64,000 bases of DNA from Balanoglossus misakiensis (taxonomy: Eukaryota > Animalia > Hemichordata), in contig CM082581.2 of the NCBI GenBank assembly GCA_040954595.2, positions 1,976,699 to 2,040,698 on the forward strand. Direction: 5' to 3'. The notes under the pieces were generated by a model, which worked only from the letters and a program-made list of their open reading frames with translations, made no database searches and was not told the origin of the DNA. Positions 1 to 11,889 of this stretch are shown here, one piece after another. Every line of letters begins with the position of its first letter. The first letter of the stretch is position 1. Both the position numbers and the translations under genes were made by a program.

Positions 1-68
1 CAAATCTATTAGAAACACATTTTTTAAAGAAATTGTTTTAAAGGGGCAGCTGCTATGACATTTGGGAT

Positions 69-525
69 TAATAGAATCTCACACTCCCAAGGACCTGGGA
101 TCATATTTCTCACACGAGTTGGGGATTTTCTGTCACACACGAGCCGCAGGCGAGTGTGGGACAAAATATCCCTGACGAGTGTGAGAAATACGATCCCAGG
201 TCCTTGGTGTGTGAGATTATTTTTCTCACACGGTCACAAATTAGCCAAATTCGTTAAAACATTGAATAAATGACTCTGGAACTGTCGTCTGGGGGCACGT
301 TATAGTTCTGTGCCTGTAATACACATCACGCCATTGGATAACATTTAGTGCGCGAAGAGAAAGAACTCTTTGTCAACCAATCAGCGCTCGCGTCATATAC
401 AGCTTTCGATTCAGTGAGAGTGTGAGAATAATAGAATCTCACACTCCCAAGGACCTGAGATCGTATTTCTCACACTCGTCGGGGATATCCTATCCCACAC
501 TCCCAGCGGCCAGCAGTGTGAGAAA
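69..525 (+). mobile_element. Hairpin-capped non-autonomous element plus a tandem partial second copy
   Basis: About 160-bp imperfect palindrome at 69-230 centred on CGAGCCGCAGGCGAG. Internal inverted repeat TTCTCACAC..GTGTGAGAA (~223/~428). The left arm is repeated at 429-525. Confidence 0.6.
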
Positions 526-532
526 TTAAATA

Positions 533-709
533 CAGTAAAACCTGTCTGAACCGAACACTGAAGGCACTGAAGAAATTGTTCAGTTTACAGACATTTCCAG
601 TTTGTAAAGGTTCTTTTAACATGTGATTCTATGTCGAAGGTACTGAAAAGGTGTTCAGTATAGACAGGTTTCCAGATTAGACTGGGTTTGGTTTTGACAG
701 GTTTTACTG
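533..709. mobile_element. Tc1/mariner-pogo-like MITE
   Basis: TIR CAGTAAAACCTGTC...GACAGGTTTTACTG with TA on the left flank. A fragment of the same family lies at ~34405-34445. Confidence 0.7.
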
Positions 710-2727
710 AAGGTTGAAAATTAATTCTATGTGGCCACTTAAGATTCTTGTGCTACTCCCAACAATATGATGAAACCCACAATTGATGTATAAAATACCA
801 TCCACTAAATATTTAAATGTCACCAAAAACATTTTACTCTAAATAAATAAATATATTCTATAAAAACATATTTTTTAGACATGTTGCATATTTACGTAAC
901 AGTAGTAAAAAAATGTGAATGATAACATTACACATTCACGGGCTATGTTGACAAGTGAAGTATAAATGGGTATATTAGCATGCTGTTTGGAGTAGAACAA
1001 GAAATTCCCATTGATACTCAGAACAAAAATATATGTACATCAATTAAAGCCAAAAGTTACAGCTAATGTCCCGTTAAGTGCATTGTAATTCAGAAAACTT
1101 CTGGAGCAGTGAATAAATCCTACTATTCCTAGTATATCAGAAGTTTTTTTCATTTTAAAAATCACGCTAGTTGCTTTAAAAAAAAATGAGACACTACTTT
1201 GTACAAAAGTTATGACAGCTTGCATTCACGCAGATTTGAGCCAGACATCTCAAAGCGTTAACAAAAAAACATAGAGCATGCTGTTTTTGCGAAGGTAATT
1301 TAAATTGCTTGTTACGTGATAGTAGTGAAAACAATGGTGACATTGAAGTAACCGAAATGTTCTCCTATATCAAGCTTTCAGAGATAATTAACAGAGAAAT
1401 GTTTATTTCAAAAAGTGAATGTCTTATTTTTTAGCTTATACAGTCACAGTATGTAATAGAGGGACTGTGATATAGTGCACTGGTTTGGCTGTTGTTTCAC
1501 TACAGATTTTTGTGGTGGGGGTCACGGGTGGGTCTATGATGGGGGAAACCAGCATAGAACCCCCCCCCCCCCTCCACCCTCCCCCTAGCTGTGTTTCCAT
1601 AGAGATAATGTAGTACTAAATGTGACATTATTATATGACTCAGAAGGTCACATAGCTCTGCGTACAGGTCTGTGTGTTCCCGGCTGTATGCAGAGCTAAA
1701 GGTCACACAGAGAAACCACACGACAGAGATCTCACCATCTCAAAAAGCTGACTCTGAAAAGCATGTAAAAGAATTAAGACTGGCTTACCTGTAGGAGGAC
1801 CTGTGTCACACATCTCTGCCCGCCAAGGTCTTGCCAACGACCCTGGCGATGTCTGTCATCTAGTCTTGCTCCAAGCGATGCTAATCACACTGGCGGCGCG
1901 TTGTACTGTTCCTTTCCTTTATCTACAGGCACAGCGACTGCCGTAAAGCCAAGTCATCACCGGACTCATCATATCTGATATACTTCCCTGGCCGGTCGGG
2001 GCAACACCGACGTCACGATAAAACGTCGTAGGTCCCGTGGCAACACCGTAGCTACACCCTAATGAGAGAGAATATCTAGTGATCTGAGTGACGGCAACTG
2101 ATCCAGGATCTCAATCACTCACCCGGCTCTGTCAGTGTCATGGCTCTCTCTCTCAACTACGGTGCGACCTGTGATGACGACCACCTCGCAAAGTTCTGCC
2201 AAGCGCCGCCGCGTCCCATGTAGAAAGGTTGCGAAACCCTTTGAAAACACTGCCAAGAATGCTCCATTATCCGAAATATGTTCTTTCACTGACGTCTCCA
2301 CTCATGAGAAATTTAAAAAAGGGGCGTAACACGCTGTTGTAAAAGATCAGCTGATTCGCGACCAAAACATTCACGATTGACCCTTGACCTAGGATAGTCC
2401 TGTACCCTCGATCCAGCGCCAGCTAAGTTGGCGTTGATAAAATAATTATTAGGTAAACAGCCATCACTATAAGCTATAGATGTAATTCAGTAAACCAAAA
2501 TCTTTAAAAATATATGTTGTCAAGAACAATTTATAGACCAAGGCCATGGCCAGAGGTACATCCGAAAAATACCAACTGTACATGGTTATTCTTGTATAAC
2601 CTTTGACCCCGATTTGTAAACAGTGCTGCATGTTTGAAGTATCGCTCTTAAAAATTGAGATTCACCTGATGCAGTGGTTTTATATGAAAGCCAGTTGGGG
2701 ACATGTACATACGCAATAAATAAAAAA

Positions 2728-2960
2728 TTATCTCGAGATCTCGAGATAATTCCATTCGTTTTCCTGACTTTTTATTTTTTTATCTCGAGATCTCGAGATA
2801 ATGCTATTCGTTTTCCTGACTTTTTATTTTTTTATCTCGAGATCTCGAGATAATTCCAATTCGTTTTCCCGACTTTTTATTTTTTTATCTCGAGATCTCG
2901 AGATAATTCAAGTTCGTTTTCCCGACTTTTTATTTTTTTATCTCGAGATCTCGAGATAAA
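2728..2960. repeat. Left subterminal array: 5 copies of the palindrome TTATCTCGAGATCTCGAGATAA at 52-53 bp period
   Basis: Directly visible; inverted counterpart of 14297-14790. Confidence 0.95.
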
Positions 2961-3135
2961 TTTGTCTAAAGAGGGCGGGTGTATTGGTACGGAGACTGTC
3001 CAGAGAGGGCGGTGTATCGGTACAGAGAATATGGCGTTCTTTTACTAGCTTGACCTAGTACCAGGACTTTTCGTCGGATTCTGCCTTACATGCTGCATCG
3101 TATCTTATCAGACTGACTGAGTGTTGGTAAGTTGA
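2960..3135 (+). promoter_or_regulatory. Putative promoter, non-coding leader exon and splice donor for the HECT gene
   Basis: GC boxes (GAGGGCGG x2), then GCTGCATCGTATC..CAGACTGA..TTG|GTAAGT with the donor at 3127. Inverted homolog at 14085-14295. Confidence 0.5.
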
Positions 3136-3406
3136 GATTTTACCTCCTTCTCATAACCGTTAGATTTGTCGTACACGTAACATGACCACACGATGCACAA
3201 TTTGTACTGGTTTGTGATGTGGCAATCTATTGAGTCGCCTTGCACGTCAAGCGTCATCATGATCATGCCAAACACGATCGACGCGACGTTGACAATGTGC
3301 TGCATGCAATAGGTTGACTGAGACGTTCTTGTCAGTATCTCGTACTCAACTTAACTTGCTTGATTTTTGATTCATGATGTAACATATGCCATCAATATAT
3401 ATATAT

Positions 3407-3864
3407 ATTGAACACCTATTGCCTGGCCATGAGGGCCATAGCGGCCGTTTATTACACCCGAGGGGCTGTGAGTTACCAGAATCATATGCTATTTCCTGAG
3501 GCCGCAGGCCGAGGGAAATAGCATATGATTCTGGTAACTCACAGTCACGAGGGGGTAAAAACGGCTGCTATGGCCCGAATATAGGCCAGGCTATAGGTGT
3601 TTTATAATAAACCTCATGCTAACAGCTGGGAAAATCTTGCAATTTTCTCTTGAGGTTGGCAGACGACATCTTCCGCGGTGGCCATTGTGTCAGACGACGC
3701 GACGCTGATTGACGTGACCGAGTCTGCGCACTCACGCTGGTCACGTGACCGGTTTATATTTTTTCTGCTATTGCCCTGTAGGGTTCATAGTCGATTCTAT
3801 TTTCCTATCACGTGACGGATTCTGGCGAATCACGGCACAGTATTAGCATGAGGTATATTATAAA
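3407..3864 (+). mobile_element. Hairpin-capped non-autonomous element inserted in the IS3EU
   Basis: About 200-bp palindrome centred on GAGGCCGCAGGCCGAG plus inverted repeat ACCTCATGCTAA..TTAGCATGAGGT. Near-identical inverted copy at 27820-28262. Sits in an (AT)n site. Confidence 0.85.
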
Positions 3865-4219
3865 TATATATATGCCATCACAACTTGAGGCTAACTCTGG
3901 CCTTATGCCGCGCTGTTTGAAACATATATCATACATGATTCAACTTGTGTGTGGGGCGGATAGTTACATCGCCTAGGATCAAGTTGCCATAACTGGATTC
4001 TTCCAATAAATAAATGCACTTTAACTTGATCTTGAATATTAAACAATGCAATGTTAACATCAGTACAGCTGCTGTGATTTATTTTACTTTGCTTCAGTCT
4101 GTGATTATGACACAGACAAATGTGAGTGTGTATGGTGACCTCAGTACATCCAAGGTCAAACGTCAACAACTCTTCAGTTGATATGAAAGTTTCAAACAAA
4201 AAAATTAAAGCAAAATAGG

Positions 4220-4222
<3 letters not shown>

Positions 4223-4282
<60 letters not shown>
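4223..4282. repeat. (TG)n microsatellite
   Basis: Directly visible. Confidence 0.98.
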
Positions 4283-4284
<2 letters not shown>

Positions 4285-4373
4285 TGTGTATGTGTCTGTC
4301 TGTGTCTGTCTCTATGTATTAATGAGTGTGTGTGTAATGTTTGTGCACATTGATTGACTTGATTTAATATTTA

Positions 4374-4680
4374 AGCAATAAAACACCCCCAGCCATGGTA
4401 TACCACGAGATTTTGACCAGTTCACGACATATACGCACGAGCGATAGCGAGTGCGTATATGGAGTTGAACTGGTCAAAATCGAGTGGTATACCATGGCTG
4501 GGGTGTTTTATTGCTATTATATTATGCCAGTATATTGAAACTTTGCATTAAACATTTTAAAAAGGCATTTTCTTTGACTATGATATATGACTGTGGTATA
4601 TGGCTAATATATCACGGTCACGTGTCGTGTCTCGACCAATCAAATAGCGTGATTTACACCATCAATATACTGGTATAATA
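4374..4680 (+). mobile_element. Hairpin-capped non-autonomous element (different family, same architecture)
   Basis: Palindrome 4374-4515 centred on CGAGCGATAGCGAG, followed by inverted repeat TATTATGCCAGTATATTG..CAATATACTGGTATAATA. Confidence 0.75.
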
Positions 4681-4782
4681 TAATGAAGATTTAAGCACCA
4701 ATGGCATTTATTACAAAGAGTTATATTATTATCAATAGAGTCCAAGTTGAAGTCTTAATCACTCCCTAAATTATTTTAAATT

Positions 4783-4895
4783 GTATGTATGTATGTATGT
4801 ATGTATGTATGTATGTATGTATGTATGTATGTATGTATGTATGTATGTATGTATGTATGTATGTATGTATGTATGTATGTATGTATGTATGTATG
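4783..4895. repeat. (GTAT)n microsatellite
   Basis: Directly visible; a second tract lies at ~5354-5438 in the HECT gene intron. Confidence 0.98.
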
Positions 4896-5158
4896 TTGAC
4901 AATTGAGAAGTTTCCTCATCAAAAATTCTGAACAAAATTCTTGCTTCACTGTAATTTTTGGTGAAATATCAACTTTATTCAAGGTGAGAAAGTAGATAGT
5001 TTTTCCTTCTGAGATAATATTCTCAAATTTCCCAAACTGTTCATAAAAATCAAGTTGATGCATTATTTCATGCTTGTCTTTAGGTACATCAGTTTTGATT
5101 TAACTGTTGTTGATTTTCCTTACAGAAAAATATTACTTAAGCAAACAGATCAGACAAA

Positions 5159-7668
5159 ATGGCAGAAAAACTATATGAATTTCTTAGACGACGCAGAGTG
5201 CCTGAAGAGGAAATTGACAGACTTGAACAGGAAAAGGTAAATTTTTTATTAGTTCTTGTTGCATATATGTAAATATGGCTAAATGAGCTTTAAGGCTAGT
5301 AGGTGGAAAAATATTCATTGACAGTCTTTCCATCTTTGTTTGTTTGTTTGTTTGTATGTATGTACCCGTATGTATGTATGTATGTATGTATGTATGTATG
5401 TATGTATGTATGTATGTATGTATGTATGTATGTATGTATTTAGCGAGACCCCCCGCACCCTCTGCCCATATGCATGCACTAAGATTCCATGTGCTTTAAA
5501 TTGATTTTCAGATTGATCCATCGGTGATCCTCTTAATGGATGATGAGATGTTATCTAAGTATTTGACATCTTATGGGGACAGAGTTGCTGCTGTGGACTT
5601 CTCTCGCAGATTATTTTGTACTGTTCCAGACAGAGAGAGCATGAAGTCAGAACTACTGAAAAAAATAAGACAAAAATTTAGCCTTCGAAATGGAAAGCAG
5701 AATAGTGTATCAGATGACAAGGGAGAATCAAGTAAAGGTAATCGTGGACAAGCCTCAACTAGACCAAGACCATTTGGTAATACACATGCAGCAAAAATAA
5801 AGCGGAAAATTGAAATAGGATGGCTTGATTTTGATTTCATTGAAAAAGAATACAAGCAAGTTCGAGCCAGAAAAGGTGGTGGAACAAGGTGTATATCAGT
5901 AAGTAAGTCGAGCACGAAAGCTGATCTCCTGACTACAGGAAAAGATTTGTTTTTCCCCAACGGCGTATCACAGCGAGGAGACATGGACAGTTATCACGTT
6001 GACATAAGAGATTCAGGAGAAAGAACAATTGATGAAACAAGCACCGTTGGCGAATTGTATGAAGTAACTGGATTTAGAATGCTCCGCTTCTACATTATGA
6101 CAAAGAGAAAAGACTGTGAACAGGTAGTGAAACCTAAAAAGAAGAGCAGACAAACAAGTAAGCAGTCACAATTAGAATCAGTGTCATTGTCAGATGACAG
6201 CAGTGATGCTGATCTACCTGATCCAGGACTTGATAGGCATGTGCCAGTTCCACCGGCAAAGACGAGACAAGCAAGGAAGGGACAGTCACAAGCTCTTCCA
6301 CAGGAATCTATTGATATGTTGTCTGATGAGAGCAATGATGCAGGTGTACCAAGTGCAGGAAACCACAATAAGCATATCCTAGATACAGTTCACCATGATC
6401 ATGGTATGCCCAGTTGTAGCAGATTCCAGTCTGAACCCATCCCTGACGTAGGTTCTGAAGTCACATTAGAGACAGTCGATTCTGATGCAGAACCACTGGT
6501 GATTAGTGATAATGATTCAAACATTGTTCAGTTTGGATCACGGGGTTCCAATAGTAACTCAGCAGAAAGCCTTGATTCTACATTGCCGTTCTTTGAAAAT
6601 GATGAACCTGTTAGCCAATCCCAGCCCCAAGACACTACCAGTCATATCAGTGAAGATCAAGACCCAGTGGAGACTAGAACACTTGTAATACACAGGAGTG
6701 ATGTTTTGAATGACATGATTTCAGAATTCTCAGATCCAAAGATTATGGCATGTCCTATCAATGTGGCCATGGTTATGCCAGGAGGTAATATTGAGCGTGG
6801 TAGTGGTAGTGGATTTGTGAGAGACTGTTTTACAAGTTTTTGGTCCGAGTTCTATGAATGTTGCACAGTTGGAAAGAATTGCCGGGTGCCATTCATTAGG
6901 CATGATTACCCAAGAGAAAAATGGGAAGCTGTAGCAAGAATAATCATGAAGGGTTGGAAGGAAATGGATTACTTCCCTATTGAGTTTGCAAAGCCATTCA
7001 TGGAAGAAGTAATGTTTGGAGACCAGAAGTGTGAAGAGGCAAGTCTACTTCAAGTGTATTATCACTTCCTGTCTGAATCGGACCGTGAAGTATTTGAAGC
7101 TGCAATGAAGAACTTCCAAGAAGTAGAAGAAGATGAGTTAATTGAAGTGTTAGACCGACATGACTGTAAAAGACTGGCAACCAAAGAAAACATTGGATCC
7201 ATTCTGCACGAAATAGCGCATAAAGAGATAGTACAAACGCCAATGTTTGTCATTGATAGTTGGCGACCAATCTTACAGCCATTAGGCAAACAAATTGGCA
7301 AAGAGAACTTGGATAGACTGTATAATGACAAGAAACCAACAACAAAGAAAGTCCTACAACATCTTCAAATCGCCGAATGCTTGAATAATGATGAGAGGGC
7401 TGTTGCTAATCACTTAAAACGATACATCCGTGAACTTGAACAAAGTACTCTAAAGAAGTTCCTGAGATATTGCACTGGTTGTGACATAATGACAGCAGAG
7501 CCGATTCAAGTGTCATTTGTTAAACTTGATGGTTTACAACGTCGTCCAGTTGCTCACACATGTGGCAATGTGCTTGAACTGCCATTGTCATATGCCAACT
7601 TCGTAGAATTCAGAAGTGAGTTCAATGCAGTTTTGAACAGTGGTTTTTGGGACATGGATATTATTTGA
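5159..7668 (+). CDS. Transposon-borne HECT-domain E3 ubiquitin ligase (G2E3-like HECT) with SAM-like N-terminus; join(5159..5236,5512..7668), 744 aa
   Basis: Exon 1 MAEKLYEFLRRRRVPEEEIDRLEQEK|gtaaa splices in phase 0 to ttttcag|IDPSVILLMDD.. HECT motifs: LVIHRSDV, ERGSGSGFVRDCF..FW, FLRYCTG, and RPVAHTCGNVLELP with the catalytic Cys. The ORF is uninterrupted. Confidence 0.9.
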
Positions 7669-8018
7669 GACCATTGATATTGTTTCCATTGGTAGAACAG
7701 CAATGGTGAGTTATTACATGAATTAAAGGGACAATATTGTTGTGTTTGGCTTACATTGATAGAAAGAATACAGGGAATACTTGTGTAAAGTCACTTGGTA
7801 TGCAAAGTAATGATTATGTCAATGATGAACCTGACGTGTCAGAAGTCACCTCTTTGCTGCATTGAAGAGGTGAATTTATGTGGATTCATTAAGGGATGCG
7901 CCTGTAACTTTGCACTATTTTCAGTGTTTTCTTTAAATGTTCATACAGTTGCCATTTACTGTCATATTTCCTACAAATTGTTTTATCATTGATTACGTTA
8001 AATGTTTACACATATTTA

Positions 8019-9025
8019 GAGAATAATGAACGCCCCAAAGACCCATAATGGACGAAAGCACACATTGTGCGTCATAATATACGAGGCGAAGCCGAGTATA
8101 TTATGGAGCACAATGTGTGCTTGAGTCCATTATGGGTCTTTGGGGCGTTCATTATTCTCATTATTTTATAGTTTTGTCAATGCCAGTGAATTTGCAGACT
8201 TCAAAAAGTATAGGTGCGAACAATTCAGACTCGGACACGGAGATCGAGAACAGAGCAATGGCGTACGCGTAAACAAAAGGTCACCTGATCGTGGTGTGTC
8301 AGCGTACTGTACATTTCTAGTATCATATTCAAACATCAGGAAATAAATAATGAAGGTTTATTTACGCATGTGAAAATCATTTAAGGGTTCTGCTGAAATA
8401 TATCTGAAAAAGTTTCGATTTTTGTGTAATCTTGGGGAGGACTCGGGGAATATTTGAATTCGTTTGCGTTCTCAGGAAAGTTCACGTATACGGGCGCTCG
8501 GAAGGTTGCAATACATAAACAAACTCGCCCTCGATCGACCCTCCGTACCGCGTAGACAACATGACAAGTGACACTTGCGGCATATTTTTTTACGTATAGC
8601 TTCGTTGACATGACTGCTTGGTACATGGTACACGGTATGTATGGTGAACGAATGTCAAATCCAGCATCATGGAGAGATTTGCTTTACGTGCGTGAGCGAG
8701 CCATGTTGACTGCTCGTGATTCAAGAGCAGACGACATGTACTGCAGCCGTAGGAAGAAAAAATAAACAAAACGCCAGTCGAGGACAGATTTGGAAATTAA
8801 TACCCCAGTAAAATATCGCCGTATTTGTTCTGTGTACGTTTGCTTTTCTTTTTTAGCCCTTAAAATGTTCGCATTGTTTGAAATCCTCCGTTATTCAGTC
8901 GGAAATTGTACACGTCCACTGGTTCTTGGGCGCGTCGCGCGTCCATCGAATAACACGATACATTATCAGTAATAATGTATAGCTATGACGTCACAAAATT
9001 CACTGGTATTGATAAAGCTATAATA
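8019..9025 (+). mobile_element. Hairpin-capped non-autonomous element between the two IS3EU genes
   Basis: Palindrome 8019-8160 centred on CGAGGCGAAGCCGAG. Inverted repeat TATAGTTTTGTCAATGCCAGTGAATTT (~8167) versus AAATTCACTGGTATTGATAAAGCTATA (~8996-9022). Confidence 0.75.
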
Positions 9026-9063
9026 TAATATCTAATATATGGAGAAGCTAAATACTTGATGTG

Positions 9064-9178
9064 TTATTGCAGCCTGTTGTGGGGAGTTATTCAGTTACTT
9101 ATTCAGCCTGTTGTGGGGAGTTATTCAGTTACTTATTCAGCCTGTTGTGGGGAGTTATTCAGTTACTTATTCAGTTAC
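9064..9178. repeat. 34-bp minisatellite TTATTCAGCCTGTTGTGGGGAGTTATTCAGTTAC, 3 copies (4 copies at 11222-11370)
   Basis: Directly visible; marks the duplication junction. Confidence 0.95.
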
Positions 9179-9698
9179 TATGTGACACAGTGTGTGACAT
9201 AATGGTTAAAGCACAGGATGACCAGGCTTGGTTATTGGTGTAGATATAATGTAAACAAACAACTAGGAGTAGTCTCTGTTCCACTCTACCAAAGAAGATC
9301 AGTGCTTTACTTGTCACTTATCGTCTGTATACTTAGTTTCTTTATTAACATGTTTGTTTGTTTGTTTACATATTTACATCTACAACCAAGCCTGGGCATC
9401 ATGTGGTTTTAAGGTGCAAACAGTTGAGCCACAAAGTTGTTGTATTTCAGCTTTTATTTGCGGTGACAGTATTATACTTTACAGAATTAGATCTAACATT
9501 AACACAAAGTCTGTGCCATAGTTTCATATTACTTCAGTGTTGAAGATGAACAATATTGTCATTATGTTCTGAAAGTTAATAAAACTTTGTTGTGTTGACA
9601 AATATCTTGCTTTAATTCATCCAGTTCCTTGCATGGAAGTGACATTGTTGTTGTTGTTTGGGTGATGTATAATAATTTCCTTTTACAGTAAGGTCTTG

Positions 9699-11221
9699 CT
9701 AGTCAGATAAGGATTCATATTTTATAGAATTTCGGAGATTCACGTACAATTCCACAGCAGAATATGGGTCAGAAGGTAAATGCATATTGTTGTCGACCAT
9801 GTATGAGACACAGTACTCGAATAAATCTTCATCACAGGGGCACGCTCCTTTGAACACACATTCCTCTCGGCATGTGTTAATCTGTTCCTGAGAAACAGTT
9901 GATCCGAAATCATGACTTCCATACATCTCCGGGACAAAGAACATCATGTGAGGTCGCCCGATGGGAGAGACTGCGTTACGTGAACGACTGATCCTGTGAC
10001 AATTCCATTCCATTACAGCATCATCCAGTTCATCCTGAATTATAAAATGACAGGCACAAAATGTATGAGGAAGTTCAATGTTAGCAGTTTAATACATGCA
10101 TCAGTTAAACATAGTCCCTAGGTACTATAGGATATCTAAAAGATACATACATGGTGACACCTCATCTACATGAACTCTTCAGACGGGAAGGTACACCTAA
10201 AATTAATTTATTGTAGTGAAATATAACCAAACAAACGGAATAAAATTACAAATATTATAATTATAACAATTTACATATATTAGATTATCAATTGGTGTAT
10301 AGACGGGTTTACCAGCTGGCGTGTAATTTATGATGAGGCTTATCACACCAACAGTATTCGATCCGAGATTAATAGTAAGGTATTTGTCGAAGGAGTGGAA
10401 AGTCTAAAATGTTGTCCAACATATGCATGCAGGATAGAGGTGCATAAAATGGACAATTGGAATAAGTAGACAAGGACAGTCTTAAATCACACACACAATG
10501 CATTGCAGGTTGTGATTTTTGTTCATCATGATACATATCAACACATGTACAGCACATTTTAAGCCTTTTTTACTTTGTATTTGAAGGTTTAAACCAAAAT
10601 ATGTGAGCAGTCCTTTCTTTTCAATACATAAAAACGTTCTTTTTTATACTCCTCCCATTTGGAAGAGCGTAGGGTTATTGTTAGTCAGTTTATACATGGG
10701 ACTTCTTATATTTTATTGTATTGTACGTTTTCACTATATAATATCAATCCTAGCAATATTTTCTATATAAGTATTTAAAGTATATACAGTATAAGTGATA
10801 GTGTAACAGATTGAGGAAAGACAATTATTTTTTAAGTCCCAAATTCTTCTTCTTACCTGTATCATTTTCAGGAAGCAAAATCTGACCAGATCTTTATCAA
10901 GATAATCACCACTGAAGACTCCATCATCCTTTAGTTTGTAGAAAAGATCCAACCAAAACTGTCCACAGTGTTGGCGAAATGTACCCCACCATCGTTCTAT
11001 GCGTTGGTTGAGTTGACTGCTGCCATAATAAAAGCAGTTGTCATCATTTGTTAGAAACTTCTGGAACTGTTCAACATGTCCATTTTCTGTGCCTCTATCC
11101 GCTCGCATGTTTTGGGGGCAAGATTTCAGACTTTCAACTTCTTTGATGAAGTACCCTGCTATAATCTTCGGATCACTGTTGGTGTGATAAGCTTGAGCCC
11201 AAATTACACGCCTGGAAAACC
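9699..11221 (-). pseudogene. 5'-truncated duplicate of the IS3EU transposase (3' part of exon 1, intron, exon 2)
   Basis: Matches 11890-13412 but lacks the start codon, HTH region and first catalytic Asp. Confidence 0.85.
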
Positions 11222-11889
11222 TTATTCAGCCTGTTGTGGGGAGTTATTCAGTTACTTATTCAGCCTGTTGTGGGGAGTTATTCAGTTACTTATTCAGCCT
11301 GTTGTGGGGAGTAATTCAGTTACTTATTCAGCCTGTTGTGGGGAGTTATTCAGTTACTTATTCAGTTACTATGTGACACAGTGTGTGACATAATGGTTAA
11401 AGCACAGGATGACCAGGCTTGGTTATTGGTGTAGATATAATGTAAACAAACAACTAGGAGTAGTCTCTGTTCCACTCTACCAAAGAAGATCAGTGCTTTA
11501 CTTGTCACTTATCGTCTGTATACTTAGTTTCTTTATTAACATGTTTGTTTGTTTGTTTACATATTTACATCTACAACCAAGCCTGGGCATCATGTGGTTT
11601 TAAGGTGCAAACAGTTGAGCCACAAAGTTGTTGTATTTCAGCTTTTATTTGCGGTGACAGTATTATACTTTACAGAATTAGATCTAACATTAACACAAAG
11701 TCTGTGCCATAGTTTCATATTACTTCAGTGTTGAAGATGAACAATATTGTCATTATGTTCTGAAAGTTAATAAAACTTTGTTGTGTTGACAAATATCTTG
11801 CTTTAATTCATCCAGTTCCTTGCATGGAAGTGACATTGTTGTTGTTGTTTGGGTGATGTATAATAATTTCCTTTTACAGTAAGGTCTTG

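Noticed and set aside
41-1077. Kolobok-like MITE from TTAA|AGGGGCAGCTGC to GCTAATGTCCCG|TTAA
   Set aside because: The inverted match is too degenerate to call with confidence.
4776-5521. ORFs with HTYI repeats
   Set aside because: These are translations of (GTAT)n microsatellites.
5159-7668. Annotating the HECT ORF as host G2E3
   Set aside because: It lacks the N-terminal PHD/RING fingers of G2E3 and lies inside transposon termini.
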